A stretch of 32,000 nucleotides of DNA from Oleiagrimonas sp. C23AA (GTDB lineage: Bacteria; Pseudomonadota; Gammaproteobacteria; Xanthomonadales; Rhodanobacteraceae), in contig NZ_JAARLY010000011.1 of NCBI RefSeq assembly GCF_011759385.1, forward strand, positions 31,316-63,315, given 5' to 3'. Shown here one piece after another: positions 9,570 to 19,272 of the stretch. The notes below the pieces were generated by a model that was not told where the DNA came from, searched no databases, and saw only the letters and a program-made list of their open reading frames with translations. The translations under genes and the position numbers were made by a program. How positions within the stretch are numbered: position 1 is the stretch's first letter; each line of letters starts with the position of its first letter.

Positions 9570-9773
9570 ATGCTCACCTTTCTCGTTTGGCTTGTGGTTC
9601 TGGTCTGGTGCTGGCCCATCGCCCTGCTGGCCTTGGTGCTGTACCCGGTGGTGTGGCTGCTGTTGCTGCCGTTTCGCCTGATCGGACTGACCTTCGACGC
9701 CCTGTTCGCTGGACTGGCGGCGATGCTGATGCTGCCGGCGCGACTGCTCGGCTGGCGACGACAACCGGGCTGA
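9570..9773 (+). CDS. Hypothetical small membrane protein (67 aa, two predicted TM helices)
   Basis: MLTFLVWLVVLVWCWPIALLALVLYPVVWLLLLPFRLIGLTFDALFAGLAAMLMLPARLLGWRRQPG is strongly hydrophobic with a basic C-terminus. Third codon positions are GC-rich like neighbouring genes, there is no SD, and a promoter-like motif abuts the ATG. I recognise no family. Confidence 0.45.
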   Translation: MLTFLVWLVVLVWCWPIALLALVLYPVVWLLLLPFRLIGLTFDALFAGLAAMLMLPARLLGWRRQPG

Positions 9774-9826
9774 AGCACCGCTTCAGACAACGGATAAGGA
9801 TTTCCGCCACCCATGGAACACGCCGC

Positions 9827-10405
9827 ATGACCTACCTGCTGCTTGGCCTGGCCCTGTTCCTGGGAACCCACAGCATTGCCATCGCCGCGCCACGCGGGCG
9901 CGAGCGGGCCATCGCCAGACTTGGCGCCCGGCCCTGGAAAGGGCTTTACAGCGTGCTTTCGCTGGCCGGGCTGGTACTCATCTGCTGGGGCTTTCATCTG
10001 GCCCGCCAGCAACCGGTGTTGCTGTATCTGCCGCCGCTGTGGCTGCGTCACATCAATGCGCTGTTCACGCTGATCGGCTTTGTGCTGATCGCCGCCGCCT
10101 ATGTGCCGCGCAACCACCTCAAGGCGCGCCTTGGACACCCCATGGTCGCCGGCGCGAAGGTATGGGCCTTTGGCCACCTGCTGGCCATCGGCTTTCTGCG
10201 CGACACGGTGCTGTTCGGCGCGTTCCTGATCTGGGCCATCGTCGCCTTCGCCGTATATCGCCGCCGCGATCGCAAGGCAGGACGGATCTACCCCGCCGGG
10301 CATCTGCGCGGCGACCTGATCACACTGGTGATCGGCATCGCCGCCTGGGCCCTGTTCGCCTTCTGGCTGCATGGACCGCTGATTGGTGTGCGGCCATTTG
10401 GCTGA
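9827..10405 (+). CDS. NnrU-family integral membrane protein (paralog 1)
   Basis: Track ORF is 9398-10405, with an internal ATG at 9827. MTYLLLGLALFLGTHSIAIAAP...WAFGHLLAIG...AWALFAFWLHGPLIGV is polytopic and has the conserved His residues (GTHS, FGHLL) characteristic of NnrU/Z-ISO-like proteins. Confidence 0.8.
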   Translation: MTYLLLGLALFLGTHSIAIAAPRGRERAIARLGARPWKGLYSVLSLAGLVLICWGFHLARQQPVLLYLPPLWLRHINALFTLIGFVLIAAAYVPRNHLKARLGHPMVAGAKVWAFGHLLAIGFLRDTVLFGAFLIWAIVAFAVYRRRDRKAGRIYPAGHLRGDLITLVIGIAAWALFAFWLHGPLIGVRPFG

Positions 10406-10494
10406 GGGTTGCCACCATCCGTATTTAAAGCGGATTAGGATGCTAGCCCCGCAGCCCCCCCCTAACGTTGAGCAAAAATATCAAGGATGAAAAA

Positions 10495-10917
10495 ATGAAG
10501 AAGCATCTTGCCCTGCTATCGCTTATGGCGCTTGCTGGATGTACGAGCGTAAACGTTCGACCCGTACCTGCAAGCGAGCACATAGCGAACGTCTGCATCA
10601 TTGATAACCCAAAAGTTATCGTCTCTGATTTCGTGCCGGTGTTGCGCGACGGATTCAATCGCCACAACATTGCTACATCAGTGGTGGATCAACAACGTTC
10701 AGCCAGTTGCAACGTCACTCTGACCTATACCGCCTTGAGATCGTGGGACTTTTCGCCGTATCTCTCACATGCAGAACTACGTCTTTGGCGAGATGGAAGG
10801 CAGATCGGCTATGCCGAGTATCACCTCAACGGCAAAGGTGGGCTTGATCTGGGAAAATGGAAAAGTACAAGGTCCAAGATGGGTCCGGTGATTGACAAAT
10901 TGCTTGCGGACCAATGA
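10495..10917 (+). CDS. Outer-membrane-type lipoprotein, uncharacterised (resembles the 'Sbal_3080 family lipoprotein' group from memory)
   Basis: The ATG at 10495 is preceded by AAGGA (10483-10487). The signal peptide MKKHLALLSLMALAGC carries a lipobox LAGC with Thr at +2. The gene is markedly lower in GC than its flanks, and its stop TGA overlaps the next ATG (ATGA at 10914-10917). Confidence 0.75.
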   Translation: MKKHLALLSLMALAGCTSVNVRPVPASEHIANVCIIDNPKVIVSDFVPVLRDGFNRHNIATSVVDQQRSASCNVTLTYTALRSWDFSPYLSHAELRLWRDGRQIGYAEYHLNGKGGLDLGKWKSTRSKMGPVIDKLLADQ

Positions 10918-11537
10918 AAGGCATGACATTTCATCTGATTCGTTACGGCTTAGTCATTACCGGCGCTTGCGTACTAACAAACTACACCTCGGTTACATAC
11001 GCTGCGCACCTGCATGACAACGCCGCGCTGGCGCGCCTGGAAGCCCTGGATCAAACCGATCGCACGCCAAGCTCGGGAGCTATCCACTGGAACCAGGTGA
11101 AGCGGCGCGATGCGGCCCGGTTGGCGAAAGTCTCGCGCATGCTGGCCAAGGGCCAGGTGCGCACCGGTGATGACTACTTCAACGCGGCGGTGATCTTTCA
11201 GCACGGCCCCAGCGTTGCCGATACCCGAACCGCATTCGCGCTGGCCAGTCTTGCCGCCCGTCTTGAGCCCGGCAATCACCAGGCCAGCACGCTGATGGCC
11301 GATGCCTGGGATCGCCTGCTGATGCGCCAGGGTCAACCGCAGTGGTACGGCACGCAGGTGGTGAAATCAAAAAAGGATGGCCACTGGCATCTCTACCCGA
11401 TCGCCCCGCACGCGGTGAGCAACGCCCAGCGCAAGTCATTGGGCCTGCCAACACCGGCGCAGATGCGCGCGCACATCGCAAAGATGAACGCGTCGCTGGA
11501 TCAAGCCGCCAAGCCGCCGACGGCACCGCATGGATAA
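10914..11537 (+). CDS. Hypothetical exported protein (DUF6624-like pattern; uncertain)
   Basis: The N-terminus is hydrophobic (MKGMTFHLIRYGLVITGACVLTNYTSVTYA). The mature part LARLEALDQTDR...YFNAAVIFQHG... recalls DUF6624-type helical proteins. The start overlaps the upstream stop by 4 nt; an alternative ATG lies at 10923. Confidence 0.55.
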   Translation: MKGMTFHLIRYGLVITGACVLTNYTSVTYAAHLHDNAALARLEALDQTDRTPSSGAIHWNQVKRRDAARLAKVSRMLAKGQVRTGDDYFNAAVIFQHGPSVADTRTAFALASLAARLEPGNHQASTLMADAWDRLLMRQGQPQWYGTQVVKSKKDGHWHLYPIAPHAVSNAQRKSLGLPTPAQMRAHIAKMNASLDQAAKPPTAPHG

Positions 11538-11573
11538 TGGCCGGCGATAATTCACGCAGAGCCATCGCCAGGA

Positions 11574-11966
11574 ATGATTGAAGGCCAATGCCATTGCGGC
11601 GCCGTGCACTGGCGCTTTGACACACCACTGGAAGCCGCGACGCTGTGCAACTGCACCCTGTGCCGGCGCTATGCGGTGTTGTGGGCCTACGGTCACGAGG
11701 GCGAGGGTGTGACCATCAACGGCCCCACCAACAGCTATCGTCATGGCGCTGGCGAGCTCGCGTTCCACTTTTGCGAACAATGCGGCTGCGTCACGCACTG
11801 GCGAGCGATGTCCACCGATGAGCAGGGGCGCCGCCGCATGGCGGTGAATCTGCGTCTGGCGGACCCGAAGACCATCGCCACATTGCCGTTGAACCGCTTT
11901 GATGGACTGGATACCTTCAAGGCGCTGTCCGACGATGGACGCCGCGTGGGCGATATCCTTTTCTGA
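11574..11966 (+). CDS. GFA-family (glutathione-dependent formaldehyde-activating / CENP-V-like) zinc protein
   Basis: The cysteine pattern CHCGAV ... CNCTLCRR ... FCEQCG is typical of the GFA family, and the 130-aa length fits. Confidence 0.85.
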   Translation: MIEGQCHCGAVHWRFDTPLEAATLCNCTLCRRYAVLWAYGHEGEGVTINGPTNSYRHGAGELAFHFCEQCGCVTHWRAMSTDEQGRRRMAVNLRLADPKTIATLPLNRFDGLDTFKALSDDGRRVGDILF

Positions 11967-12048
11967 GCCACGCGCGACTTCTTCACGTCATCACCGGTGC
12001 CCGACTGATTACACTGGACGCTCTCTTTGCTCGGAGCGCTGTTGTCCC

Positions 12049-12636
12049 ATGCCGGTTCTGGTGCTTGGCCTGATCATTCTGCTCGGCTCGCATTCGCTGC
12101 ATCTTTTCGCACCGGCATGGCGCGAACGGCAAATCCGTCGTATGGGCAAGGGGCGCTGGTACGCGATCAGTGTGATGTTGGCGTTGATCGGTTTTTTGGT
12201 GATGGCGTTCGGCTTTCACCTGGCGGCGATGCACAGCACACCACTGTATGCGCCGCCGGCCTCGCTGCGTCCGATCAATGCGGTGCTGACGCTGATCGCC
12301 TTCGTGCTGGCAGCATCGGCCTTCGTGCCACACAACCGCTTTCGCGCCGGCCTGCGCCACCCATTGCTGATCGGCATCTGCTGCTGGGCATTTGGCCACC
12401 TGCTGGTGAACGGCAACGCGCACGACCTGGTGCTGTTTGGCGCCTTCTTTGCCTGGGGTTTCGCCAATTACGCGGTGCTGAGCATTCGCACCGACGGGCA
12501 GGAAAAAGCGCCGCTGCCGGTGACCTGGCGCGGCGACGTGTTGAGTGTGCTCGCAGGCGTGGCCGGCTGGGCATTGTTCGCGTTCTGGCTACACGCACTT
12601 TTGATTGGCGTGCAGCCCATGAGCTGGCCGGGATAG
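12049..12636 (+). CDS. NnrU-family integral membrane protein (paralog 2)
   Basis: Track ORF is 11899-12636, with an internal ATG at 12049. MPVLVLGLIILLGSHSLHLFAP...CWAFGHLLVNG...GWALFAFWLHALLIGV is collinear with the 9827-10405 product, at roughly half identical residues by eye. Confidence 0.8.
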   Translation: MPVLVLGLIILLGSHSLHLFAPAWRERQIRRMGKGRWYAISVMLALIGFLVMAFGFHLAAMHSTPLYAPPASLRPINAVLTLIAFVLAASAFVPHNRFRAGLRHPLLIGICCWAFGHLLVNGNAHDLVLFGAFFAWGFANYAVLSIRTDGQEKAPLPVTWRGDVLSVLAGVAGWALFAFWLHALLIGVQPMSWPG

Positions 12637-12650
12637 CGAATGAGTCGCCG

Positions 12651-13751
12651 TTAAGCCTCTTCCGGCTCCATGTAGTCCTCGGCCAGGCGCTTCCAGTGGG
12701 GCCAGCGCGCCACCATGCCCAGACTCTGCAGGTAGTCCATGTCCGGTTCCTGATTGTTGACCAGGGCGGTAGCCACATGAGTAACCCCAAGCACGTCGAA
12801 ACGGCTCTGCGGCACCGCCGACGGCTGACGATGATGGGCCACTGCCTCGACGATGGTCGACGGCAATCCCCACATGCCCAGCAAGTAGGCCCCCACTTCC
12901 TCCGGCGTCGGCGGCTGCTTGGAATGGCCAGCCTCGGCGGCGCACAGCGCCTCCACACCCGGCACCAGCCAACCGACGTAGGACAACAGCGCCGCCGTGC
13001 GTGCCGGCTCGCGGTCGCCGCTTTCGGCAATACGCGCGGCGAGCTGCGAGGCCCGCACCGCACGCGAACGCAGCTCGGCGATGGCCTGACCACGATGGGC
13101 GTCGAACACTTCGTTGGCCAGTACCGCAATTCGTACGGCGTCCAGACCGATACGCAACACCGCCTGGGCCACGCCGGTAATCGGCGCGCCGCTGCTGAAA
13201 TAGGCCGAGTTGGCCAGCTGCAGCACCTTGGCCGTCAGGCCCGGATCCTGGTCCAGCAATTCGGCCACCGACTTGCCGTGCGCTTCCGGATCGCCCAGCA
13301 GGCTGCGCAGACGCATGTACATCCGTGGCGCCGATGGCAGACGGTCAACCTGGCCGATGACGCGCTGCAACTCGACGCTTTCCATGCGGTTGCGCAGCGC
13401 CACCGCACGCTCGATGGTCTCGGCCACGGTGATGATGTCACACGGCTTGGGCAGACACTGATGGGCCAGGTCCAGTGCGCGCACCGAGGCTTCGCGATCG
13501 TCGACACCGGCAAAGGCCATGCGGATGATGGTCGGATGGCGTGTGCGCAGCAGCCGCAGCAGCTGCGTACCGTCCATGTTGGGCATGTCCAGATCGACCA
13601 CCACCACGTCCACGGGCGCCTCGTCGACGGCGGCCATGGCCTGATTGATGGATTCGGCCACGACCAGATCCCAGCGATGACCCAACGCCGACAACCCGTG
13701 TTCGATGTCCTTCAGCGTCTGATCTTCGTCATCGAGAAACATGACCCGCAT
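12651..13751 (-). CDS. Response regulator with receiver (REC) and HDOD output domains
   Basis: The REC domain is MRVMFLDDED...VVVVDLDMPNMDGTQLL...LPKPC, with a phospho-acceptor Asp context and a KP motif. The HDOD-like part is LPSAPRMYMRLRSLLGDPEAHGKSVAELLDQDPGLTAKVLQLANSAYF...VLRIGLDAV. Confidence 0.85.
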   Translation of the reverse strand: MRVMFLDDEDQTLKDIEHGLSALGHRWDLVVAESINQAMAAVDEAPVDVVVVDLDMPNMDGTQLLRLLRTRHPTIIRMAFAGVDDREASVRALDLAHQCLPKPCDIITVAETIERAVALRNRMESVELQRVIGQVDRLPSAPRMYMRLRSLLGDPEAHGKSVAELLDQDPGLTAKVLQLANSAYFSSGAPITGVAQAVLRIGLDAVRIAVLANEVFDAHRGQAIAELRSRAVRASQLAARIAESGDREPARTAALLSYVGWLVPGVEALCAAEAGHSKQPPTPEEVGAYLLGMWGLPSTIVEAVAHHRQPSAVPQSRFDVLGVTHVATALVNNQEPDMDYLQSLGMVARWPHWKRLAEDYMEPEEA

Positions 13752-13926
13752 CGCGATTTCTCCCCTGCGTCAGCCGGTCGTCGGTGCCTCGGGGATGGGC
13801 AGCAACGCCTTATGGCTGCGCGTTCACGCGTGTATTCACATATAAAGCAGCTTATAGCATTGTGCGGCCGCGCAGGGAATGCGCGATCGGCCGCACTGTG
13901 CGCGCCATCCCGTTATGGTATGTCGC

Positions 13927-14526
13927 ATGCAGACACCCAAGCCTTTCTCCCCCGCCTGCGAACGCAACCGTGGGCCGATACTCGATGTGCTCCGGCAATG
14001 GCTGCCCGAACCCGGCCGCGTGCTGGAAGTGGGCAGCGGCACCGGCCAGCATGCCGTGCACTTTGCCGCCGCACTACCGACCCTGACCTGGCAGACCAGC
14101 GAGCGCGCCGAGCAACTGGACGGACTGCGTGCCTGGCTGGACGAAGCGGCGCTGCCCAATACACCGCCGCCGCTGGCACTGGATGTGGGCGGGCCGTGGC
14201 CGAATACGCCTTTTGACGCCATTTTCAGCGCCAATACCCTGCACATCATGAGCTGGGACCACGTGTGCGCCTTCTTTGCCGCCTTGCCCGCGGTGATGGT
14301 GTCGGGGGCACCGTTGATCATTTATGGACCTTTCAACGCCGACGGACGCTTTACCAGCGACTCCAACCAGGCGTTCGATGCGTGGCTGAAGGCGCGCGAC
14401 ACGCACATGGGCATTCGCGATGCCGCCGAGGTGGACGCACTGGCTGCCCGCCATGGGCTGGCGCTGGTACATGAAGCGCCGATGCCGGCGCACAACCTTT
14501 GCCGCATCTGGCGCTACGCCGGGTGA
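13927..14526 (+). CDS. DUF938-family class I SAM-dependent methyltransferase-like protein
   Basis: Track ORF is 13879-14526, with an internal ATG at 13927. MQTPKPFSPACERNRGPILDVLRQWLPEPGRVLEVGSGTGQHAVHFA matches the DUF938 N-terminal signature and contains a GxGxG SAM-binding motif. Confidence 0.8.
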   Translation: MQTPKPFSPACERNRGPILDVLRQWLPEPGRVLEVGSGTGQHAVHFAAALPTLTWQTSERAEQLDGLRAWLDEAALPNTPPPLALDVGGPWPNTPFDAIFSANTLHIMSWDHVCAFFAALPAVMVSGAPLIIYGPFNADGRFTSDSNQAFDAWLKARDTHMGIRDAAEVDALAARHGLALVHEAPMPAHNLCRIWRYAG

Positions 14527-14633
14527 GTTGCGGGCGCTCGCCGCGCCAGCCTCGCCCCTGACGATGGGCACAGGTCAAAATTTGCCCGTGTGCTAGCTTG
14601 ACGTGTTATTCCACCTGATGAAAACACACGCGC

Positions 14634-16718
14634 ATGAAGTCCCGACTCCGTTTGAGCGCCCTGGGCGCTGCCGGTCTGCTGGCCGCGCTGGGCGCCACCG
14701 CCAGCCAGGCGGCTGACACGCACGCCGCCAGCCCCGCCACCAAGCATCGCATCACCGACATCATCCACACCCTGGGCAAGGCCAAGCGCTTTGGCGCCGT
14801 GGCGGTCAGCCCGGATGGCCAGCAGGTGGCCTGGGTGCTGTACGGCAAGCACGGCGGCCAGCTCTCGGTGGCCCACGCCGACGGCTCGCACGAACGCACC
14901 ATCACCATTGCCGATGCCGACAAGCACTGCGGCAGCGGTGATCCGCGCTGGTCGCCCGATGGCGCCAAATTGGCCTTCCTGTCCAGTTGCAAGTCCGGCA
15001 AGGACAGCAGCCAGAACGACATCTTCATGGTCGATGCCAACGGCACCGCTGCGCATCAGGTCAGCCACCTGAAGGGCTTCGTGCACGATCTTCAGTGGCG
15101 CCCGGACGGCAAGGCGTTGAGCTTCCTGTATGTGGCCGGCGACACGCACCAGGTCGGCGCCACCTCGGCAATCAAGCCGCGCACCGGCGTCATCGGCAAG
15201 ACCGACATCGAGCACCAGCAGGTAGCCATGGTGCCGGCCGCCGGCGGCAAGGTCAGCGAGATTTCGCCCAAGGACCTGTTCGCCTACGAGTACAGCTGGT
15301 CGGCTGATGCCAAGCGCATCACCTACACCGGCGCACCGCCGCCGGGTCGCAACAACTGGTGGGTGGCCAAGCTTTACGCCCAGACCGTCGGCGCCAAGCC
15401 GGTGATGGTGCTCGACCCGGGCAAGGTGTCCGGCGCCATGCACGGCCTGCAGATCGCCATGCCGCGGTTTTCGCCCGATGGTTCGCACATCGCGCTGATC
15501 AGCGGCCTGATGAGCGACCAGGGCGTGACCGGCGGCGACATCTATCTGGTGCCGTCCCAGGGTGGCACGCCGGTCAACGTGACGCCGGGCATCACGGTGA
15601 CGCCGTCGTGGATGACCTGGACCGGCTCGCAGTCGCTGCTGGTGTCCTCGTTCAAGGGTGGCTCGGCACAGATTGCCAGTTTCACCCTGCACGGCGATAA
15701 GCCATCCACGCAAAAGGCCCTGTTCACCGTCGACAGCAGCATCTCAGATGGTTCGGCAATGTCGGCCATTTCCGTCGATGCCAAGCACAACCAGGTGGCC
15801 TTCCTGCATTCGACCTTCACGCAGGCGCCGGAAGTGTATGCCGCACGTCTTCGCACCGATGGCGGCGCGATTGCCGGCGTGGCGCGCCAGCCGCATGCCA
15901 TCACCCACATCAACGATGGCATCAAGCCGATGTGGGGCAAGCAGGAGTCGATCAGCTGGACCAACGAAGGCTTCCACGTGCAGGGTTGGCTGTTGTTCCC
16001 GAAGAACTACGACCCGCACAAGAAATACCCGATGATCGTCTACGTGCACGGCGGCCCGGCCTACGCCACCCGTCCGGGCTGGCCGGGTGTGGGCTACGGC
16101 CCGGCACCGCTGGCGGCGATGGGTTATTTCGTGCTGATGCCGAACCCGCGCGGCAGCTACGGCCAGGGCGAGAAATTCACCCAGGCCAACCGCCGCGACT
16201 TCGGCTATGGCGATCTGCGTGACATCCTCGCTGGCGTCGATGCAGTCGAGGCCAAGTATCCGATCGACGACAAGCGCCTGGGCCTGACCGGCTGGAGCTA
16301 CGGTGGCTTCATGTCGATGTTCGCGCCCACGCAGACCCAGCGCTTTGCCGCCGTGGTGGCCGGTGCCGGCCTCTCCAACTGGCAGAGCTACTACGGTGAG
16401 AATTCCATCGACCAGTGGATGATCCCGTTCTTTGGCGCCTCGGTGTACGACGATCCGAAGGTCTATGCCAAGAGCTCGGCCATCAACTTCATCAAGCACG
16501 CCAAGACCCCGACCCTGATCGTGGTCGGCCAGCTGGACGGTGAAACGCCTGCGCCGCAGTCGTTCGAGTACTGGCACGGCCTGCGCGCCATGGGCACACC
16601 GACCGAGCTGGTGGTGTATCCGGGCGAAGGCCACGGCTTCCACAAGGCCTCGGACCGCCGTGACGTGCTCGAGCGCGCCCTGGGCTGGTTTGGTGACTAC
16701 CTGGGCGTGCATCACTGA
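14634..16718 (+). CDS. Secreted S9-family serine peptidase (beta-propeller plus prolyl-oligopeptidase-type alpha/beta hydrolase domain)
   Basis: Signal peptide [26 protein letters not shown]. Repeated WSPDG/FSPDG propeller motifs. The catalytic Ser sits in GWSYGGF, the Asp in GQLDGETP and the His in GEGHGF. Confidence 0.9.
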   Translation: MKSRLRLSALGAAGLLAALGATASQAADTHAASPATKHRITDIIHTLGKAKRFGAVAVSPDGQQVAWVLYGKHGGQLSVAHADGSHERTITIADADKHCGSGDPRWSPDGAKLAFLSSCKSGKDSSQNDIFMVDANGTAAHQVSHLKGFVHDLQWRPDGKALSFLYVAGDTHQVGATSAIKPRTGVIGKTDIEHQQVAMVPAAGGKVSEISPKDLFAYEYSWSADAKRITYTGAPPPGRNNWWVAKLYAQTVGAKPVMVLDPGKVSGAMHGLQIAMPRFSPDGSHIALISGLMSDQGVTGGDIYLVPSQGGTPVNVTPGITVTPSWMTWTGSQSLLVSSFKGGSAQIASFTLHGDKPSTQKALFTVDSSISDGSAMSAISVDAKHNQVAFLHSTFTQAPEVYAARLRTDGGAIAGVARQPHAITHINDGIKPMWGKQESISWTNEGFHVQGWLLFPKNYDPHKKYPMIVYVHGGPAYATRPGWPGVGYGPAPLAAMGYFVLMPNPRGSYGQGEKFTQANRRDFGYGDLRDILAGVDAVEAKYPIDDKRLGLTGWSYGGFMSMFAPTQTQRFAAVVAGAGLSNWQSYYGENSIDQWMIPFFGASVYDDPKVYAKSSAINFIKHAKTPTLIVVGQLDGETPAPQSFEYWHGLRAMGTPTELVVYPGEGHGFHKASDRRDVLERALGWFGDYLGVHH

Positions 16719-16753
16719 TGTAACACCCGGTACCCCTTGCGGTACGCAAAAAA

Positions 16754-16785
16754 GGGCCGGCGCCATGCGCTGGCCCTTTTTCTTT
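16754..16785 (+). terminator. Rho-independent terminator after the S9 peptidase gene
   Basis: GGGCCGGCG (16754-16762), loop CCATG, then CGCTGGCCC (16768-16776). This gives a 9-bp stem with one G-U pair, followed by TTTTTCTTT and preceded by an A-run. Confidence 0.7.
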
Positions 16786-16812
16786 GCGCGCGCAGCCGGT
16801 ACAAAGACGCGG

Positions 16813-18980
<2,168 letters not shown>

Positions 18981-19272
18981 TCACTATCAGGCTGGCCCTT
19001 GATGACGTGTAGGGAAATCCCTTCACGCCATCGGCCCACGACCTAGCGTGATGTCGGTGTGCAGCTCACGACTACCGTGGCTGGACGCGCTAGACTCGAC
19101 ACGGGGCGTCAATCTGATGGTGCATCCGCATGGCCTTTGGGGGGACATGCGGATCCGCCGAGGCGCCTCGGGGAACAGGGGGAAAGCAACACTCCAGGAA
19201 CTACACGTCCGCCTCGCCACTTCGCACCACGACGGGGCTCACCACGCGGATCAGTTTTCAGGGAGAACTTCG

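Noticed and set aside
10406-11000. The lower-GC islet as a mobile genetic element.
   Set aside because: There is no integrase, transposase, flanking direct or inverted repeat, or tRNA target. I kept it as a compositional-anomaly finding only, not as a mobile_element feature.
13752-13926. The AT-rich patch TTCACATATAAAGCAGCTTATAGCATTG and the 8-bp inverted repeat TGCGGCCG...CGGCCGCA in the REC-HDOD / DUF938 divergent region, considered as a defined operator.
   Set aside because: The arms are short and the motifs match no binding-site consensus I know. The patch is most likely ordinary divergent promoter sequence. The evidence is not enough to call a feature.
19048-19272. N-terminal extensions suggested by the ORF track. 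Examples: 19048 for the S53 gene, 968 for DUF1993, 9398 for NnrU-1, 11899 for NnrU-2, 16540 for ychJ, 25562 for the FadR-type gene, 25514 for SGNH, 18968 for ligB and 13879 for DUF938.
   Set aside because: The extensions are Arg/Pro-rich, overlap upstream genes or intergenic structure, and lack SD sequences. The internal ATGs are preceded by SD-like motifs and give canonical family N-termini or signal peptides.
19100-19272. A riboswitch (for example, c-di-GMP GEMM) in the long leader of the S53 peptidase.
   Set aside because: I could not recognise any conserved riboswitch core motif by eye. Only generic hairpins and palindromes are present, and these are reported as a low-interest structural observation instead.
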